A DNA stretch of 64,000 nt from Planctomycetota bacterium (GTDB taxonomy: Bacteria > Planctomycetota > UBA8108 > SXIK01): NCBI GenBank assembly GCA_965223265.1, contig OZ244999.1, positions 1,056,001 to 1,120,000 of the forward strand, given 5' to 3'. The position numbers were made by a program, and so were the translations under genes. Under the pieces are notes generated by a model. The model ran no database searches and was not told where the DNA came from. It saw only the letters and a list, made by a program, of their open reading frames with translations. Shown one piece after another: positions 60,818-64,000 of this stretch; position 1 is the stretch's first letter; each line of letters starts with the position of its first letter.

Positions 60818-61923
60818 CCGACCCACACCCAGTACGGGCGATAACGGAGCATATCCTCAATCAGCGTGTCGCCGTCAAAACTTTCGAGAAGAGAAAAAAG
60901 CGCTCGCCGGAGTGGCCGCCCTACGCGCGCGAGTTTGAACCGACGTACCTTGAGTGGCACCTGGGCGCGGTGGTAGGAGCGACTCACGGGTTGTCCCAGG
61001 AGCTTGGCGATCGGTCCCGACCAACGAGATCGTTCTTCGACGACCATGTCTCTGATGATCGTCTCGCCCTGCAAACCGGGATCCGCATCCGAGTAGGCCG
61101 CGAGTACCCGCAAAACGTCGGTGGCCGTTTTGAGATACGACCTGGCTACTTCGAGCACCGTCCCCGGAGAATAGATTTGAAACAGCGTGCCCACGACGAT
61201 CGCTACATTCTCCTTGACGGAGATCGTCTCCGGAAGCCAATCGAGAAGTTCGTTGGACCAATCTTTCACCAAAACCTGCAAGTGAGCGCGATCATCGGGA
61301 GGCATGGCCTGGCTGCGAACGCAGAAACTCAGGAAGAGGTCTCGGCTGGCTTCCTGCACGTCTTCCCCGAGGTCTAGTACCTTGAATCGCACATTCTCTG
61401 CAGGCAGGCCGCGTTCGACGGAAGGTTTGAAGAAAGGCGACGACTGGTCGACCTGTCGGTTGCATATGGGGCACGCCGAGTAGTTCTCGCCGTCGTAGCA
61501 ATGGTCACAAACGATATGCTCGCATGGATTGAGTACGTGCGTCGTTCCAACTCGTCGACAGTGAACGCACTCTTGGTCGCGTCGCTGGAAAAAGTATGTG
61601 AGCACCCTTCGGATCCACAACTCATGCGTATCCTCAGGAATAGCGTGCGGAAAGTGTCGAAAGAGCGGCTGGTGCTTTCGGTTTGCGCCAAGAGAGGACG
61701 CAATCGCGTCACATGCCCAGCGTTTGAAGTCGGCGGCACCTTCCGCGGGCAGCGTCTCCAGCCGCGCACGCAGACGAGTCGAAAGGACGTACCCGAACTC
61801 GGCGAGTTCGAGCTCCAGGGCGTCTACGATGAAAGGACCTACTCGGGCTTGACCGGTTGGAGGGAAGAGCAACCGGCTTCTCTGGAGCAAGACTGCTTCG
61901 CTTGCCTGCCTTGAAGTACTCAC
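60818..61923 (-). pseudogene. N-terminal part of RING/TerD-domain protein
   Basis: PLFRHFP, CVHC...NPCEHIVCDHC...ACPIC RING; joins in frame with the 55261-56752 part as WVWVGELL. Confidence 0.85.
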
Positions 61924-61939
61924 CGTGCCCTCATAGGTC

Positions 61940-61983
61940 AAAAACGATTGCGGATCGGAACCGATCGTTGTTCCGACCCGCAA
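61940..61983 (-). terminator. Terminator-like hairpin in the 5' leader of the RING/TerD gene
   Basis: TTGCGGGTCGGAAC-loop-GTTCCGATCCGCAA-TCGTTTTT on the minus strand. Confidence 0.6.
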
Positions 61984-61988
61984 TGAGC

Positions 61989-62058
61989 ATCCATGAAGGT
62001 AATCGTCCACGCTGTTTCGAAGATTTAGAAGGAAGCCTGGACTCAGCCTTCACTGGAT
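61989..62058 (-). ncRNA. Candidate structured cis-regulatory leader RNA
   Basis: Nested stems UGAAGG/CCUUCA, GUCCA/UGGAC, GCU/AGC around loop UCCUUCUAAAUCUUCGAAAC. Confidence 0.5.
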
Positions 62059-62114
62059 ACTTTAACACGACTTTGAATGAGCTTCGCAACTTTCTGTCGT
62101 GAATCGTTGATTGA

Positions 62115-62265
62115 CTAGTCTGTGTCGCCGCGTGATTTGTACCAGCGCAGGTAGTCGACGAACTTGCTGGCGACAGGCTTCAACCTGTCCCGTTCGAGAG
62201 CTTCGAATTGACCAAACTCTACGTCGAGGACGTGTCGAGTGTTCTTGTCGTACAGAATCATCCCT
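62115..62265 (-). pseudogene. Fragment resembling an SMI1/KNR4 C-terminus
   Basis: QGMILYDKNTRHVLDVEFGQFEALERDRLKPVASKFVDYLRW. Confidence 0.35.
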
Positions 62266-62587
62266 TGCGAGTGGCGAGCGCTGAAGGGACCGGCAAAAGA
62301 AGTATTCTCTCCGCAGCAGCGGTCTCCCGGAGAGCAAGGTCAGTCGCACTTCACCGACATGCGGACTCTGGGCATCAGGGGGGGAGGTTTGGCGGGGAGG
62401 ATGTCTGAGGTCGTTGGAGGGAAGCGGACCTTTTGGAGGTTCCACGCTTGGGGGCGAGCCGAGGATTCCTATCAGTGTCGGGTTCTCCATCTCGCTGCGA
62501 ACGGCCAACTTCAGAAGGTCTCTGGTATTGAAGGTGGTCTGCCCACTCGTTACGGTACTGCCGTTTAGTTTTCAACGGAGAATCAAA

Positions 62588-63145
62588 ATGAGCGAACGAA
62601 TTGTCATGCGGACCGGCGAATCTCTGATTGCCGGTGGTCCCCCGTTCACGGCAGCCGAGCCCGAAGTGGTCATTGGCGAACTGGATGGCCCGGTGGGTAC
62701 CGCGCTGGCCACTCTGACCGGGAATCAGTCTGCCGGGCATTCCAAGGTCTTTGCCATCATGGATACGGACATTCAGGTTCGTCCAGTGACACTGATGGTC
62801 AGCAAAGTGACCGTCAAGAGTACGGCGTACACGAACATCCTGATGGGTACGGTTCAGGGAGCCATTGCAAACGGAGTGCTGGACGCCGTCCGGGCCGGTG
62901 ACATCCCGAAAGAAAAGGCCAACGAGCTTGGAATTATCTGCTCCGTGTGGCTGAACCCAGGTGCAGCGACTGACGAAAACCTCGATCACGAGGCACTGTT
63001 CGATATTCACCGCCGCGCGATGGCTCAGGCGATCAAAAAGGCAATGAGCAATGAGCCGTCGATTGACTGGCTTCTTGAGAACCAGGAACAGATCACGCAC
63101 AAGTACTATCAGCGGGCGCTCGACGCGAAAAATGCCTCGAAGTAG
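62588..63145 (+). CDS. fae: Formaldehyde-activating enzyme (Fae family)
   Basis: GESLIAGG...EVVIGELDGPVGTALA...VRPVTLMVSKVTVK...QGAIANGVLDAV. Confidence 0.88.
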   Translation: MSERIVMRTGESLIAGGPPFTAAEPEVVIGELDGPVGTALATLTGNQSAGHSKVFAIMDTDIQVRPVTLMVSKVTVKSTAYTNILMGTVQGAIANGVLDAVRAGDIPKEKANELGIICSVWLNPGAATDENLDHEALFDIHRRAMAQAIKKAMSNEPSIDWLLENQEQITHKYYQRALDAKNASK

Positions 63146-63235
63146 TCACCAGGATAATGGGAGCTGGACTTCCGGTCAGGCGGACTTTGCTTGTGGTTGT
63201 CTGGTCAGGGCGTGGACCACGACGGCCTCGAGTGT

Positions 63236-63370
63236 TGGCGAGGGTGACGACGAGTAGTTGCCAAGGGTGAAGCGCGTTCATTCACGCGATGATAAACGAG
63301 CGTGCACCAAGCGCGTACGATTGATGAGGCGAACACGGGTTATGAAACGTTCGAGTCTTGGACAGCACGG
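63236..63370 (-). mobile_element. Remnant left end of the same IS family as 53824-55184
   Basis: MNALHPWQLLVVTLA start and end sequence similar to 55050-55184; third relic at ~50205-50285. Confidence 0.75.
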
Positions 63371-63453
63371 GCGAAGTCATCATGTCGCCTACCCTGTTTA
63401 CGGTACTCCGTGCGATGAAGCCCGGAATGTCTGGGGCAGAGCACCGGTGATTG

Positions 63454-63748
63454 TCACAGATGACGACCTACATCCATGACTTCATGCAGGACTCTCCGGA
63501 TGCGAACCTCTTCGTCGGTGAAGGTGTAGAGGACGATGTGATGTTCGACTCTTTTCGACCAGCAACCTGCTCGCAGCTCGTCCCGTTGCTTTCCAACCTT
63601 AGGATCGGTCGCCAACGCATCGATTCCGCGTTCGAACGCATCGAGGTAACGGTCGGCTTGAGCTTCACTCCACGTCTCGAACGAGTAGATCCCAGATGCC
63701 GATCAGGTCTCCCTCGGCCGCCCGGTCCTTGACGAGCTTTCTACGCAT
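63454..63748 (-). pseudogene. parE: ParE toxin with +1 frameshift
   Basis: AAEGDLIGIW / IYSFETWSEAQADRYLD...HHIVLY...RVLHEVMD after removing one G at ~63692. Confidence 0.75.
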
Positions 63749-64000
63749 CTTCAGCCGCTAGTCCCGCTCGCTTGCGGGCTTCGCGTCTGATCTCTCTGAA
63801 GTCGAGAGCGCCAGCATCTCCACTAGCCTCTCCTTCGATCAAGGCTTGACGCAGTGCTTCAACCTTTTGCTCGTGTTCTTCTAAGAGTCGCAGAGAAGCA
63901 CGAACGACTTCGCTCGCGTTCCCGTAGCGTCCAGATGCGATCTGGTCGCTGATGAAACTTTCGAAATGGTTCCCGAGGGAAACGCTTGTATTCTTGGCCA
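63741..64000 (-). CDS. parD: ParD-type RHH antitoxin (start codon cut by window edge)
   Basis: AKNTSVSLGNHFESFISDQIASGRYGNASEVVRASLRLLEE. Confidence 0.88.
   Translation of the reverse strand, partial: AKNTSVSLGNHFESFISDQIASGRYGNASEVVRASLRLLEEHEQKVEALRQALIEGEASGDAGALDFREIRREARKRAGLAAEDA

Overview
The window looks Planctomycetota-like (dockerin-like secreted proteins, ECF sigma/Ser-Thr kinase pairs, fae) and splits sharply at a tmRNA 3'-end att fragment at 39154-39181. Left of it (1-~39181, continuing off the left edge) is an integrated plasmid-like element. It carries RepA with 22-bp iterons, ParA plus a tandem-RHH partner, a MOBF relaxase, a coupling protein, an orphan N6 DNA methyltransferase, a DEDDh exonuclease and two ssb genes. 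It also carries an ECF-like sigma factor whose putative promoter motif (TGTCAGG-N14-TGCGGC) recurs in front of an ~11 kb operon ending in xis-int; that operon is punctuated by terminators, densely structured spacers and repeat-flanked small ORFs. I found no GATC by eye in this whole 39 kb, whereas GATC is frequent immediately right of the att site. Right of the att is an older, decayed island: a paralogous convergent integrase, an ECF/kinase pair, TA systems, IS remnants, and a RING/TerD gene with a riboswitch-like leader, cleanly interrupted by a 4065-bp five-gene Mu-like DDE/ExeA transposon with a 6-bp target duplication. All functional calls come from motif recognition by eye; no database searches were run.
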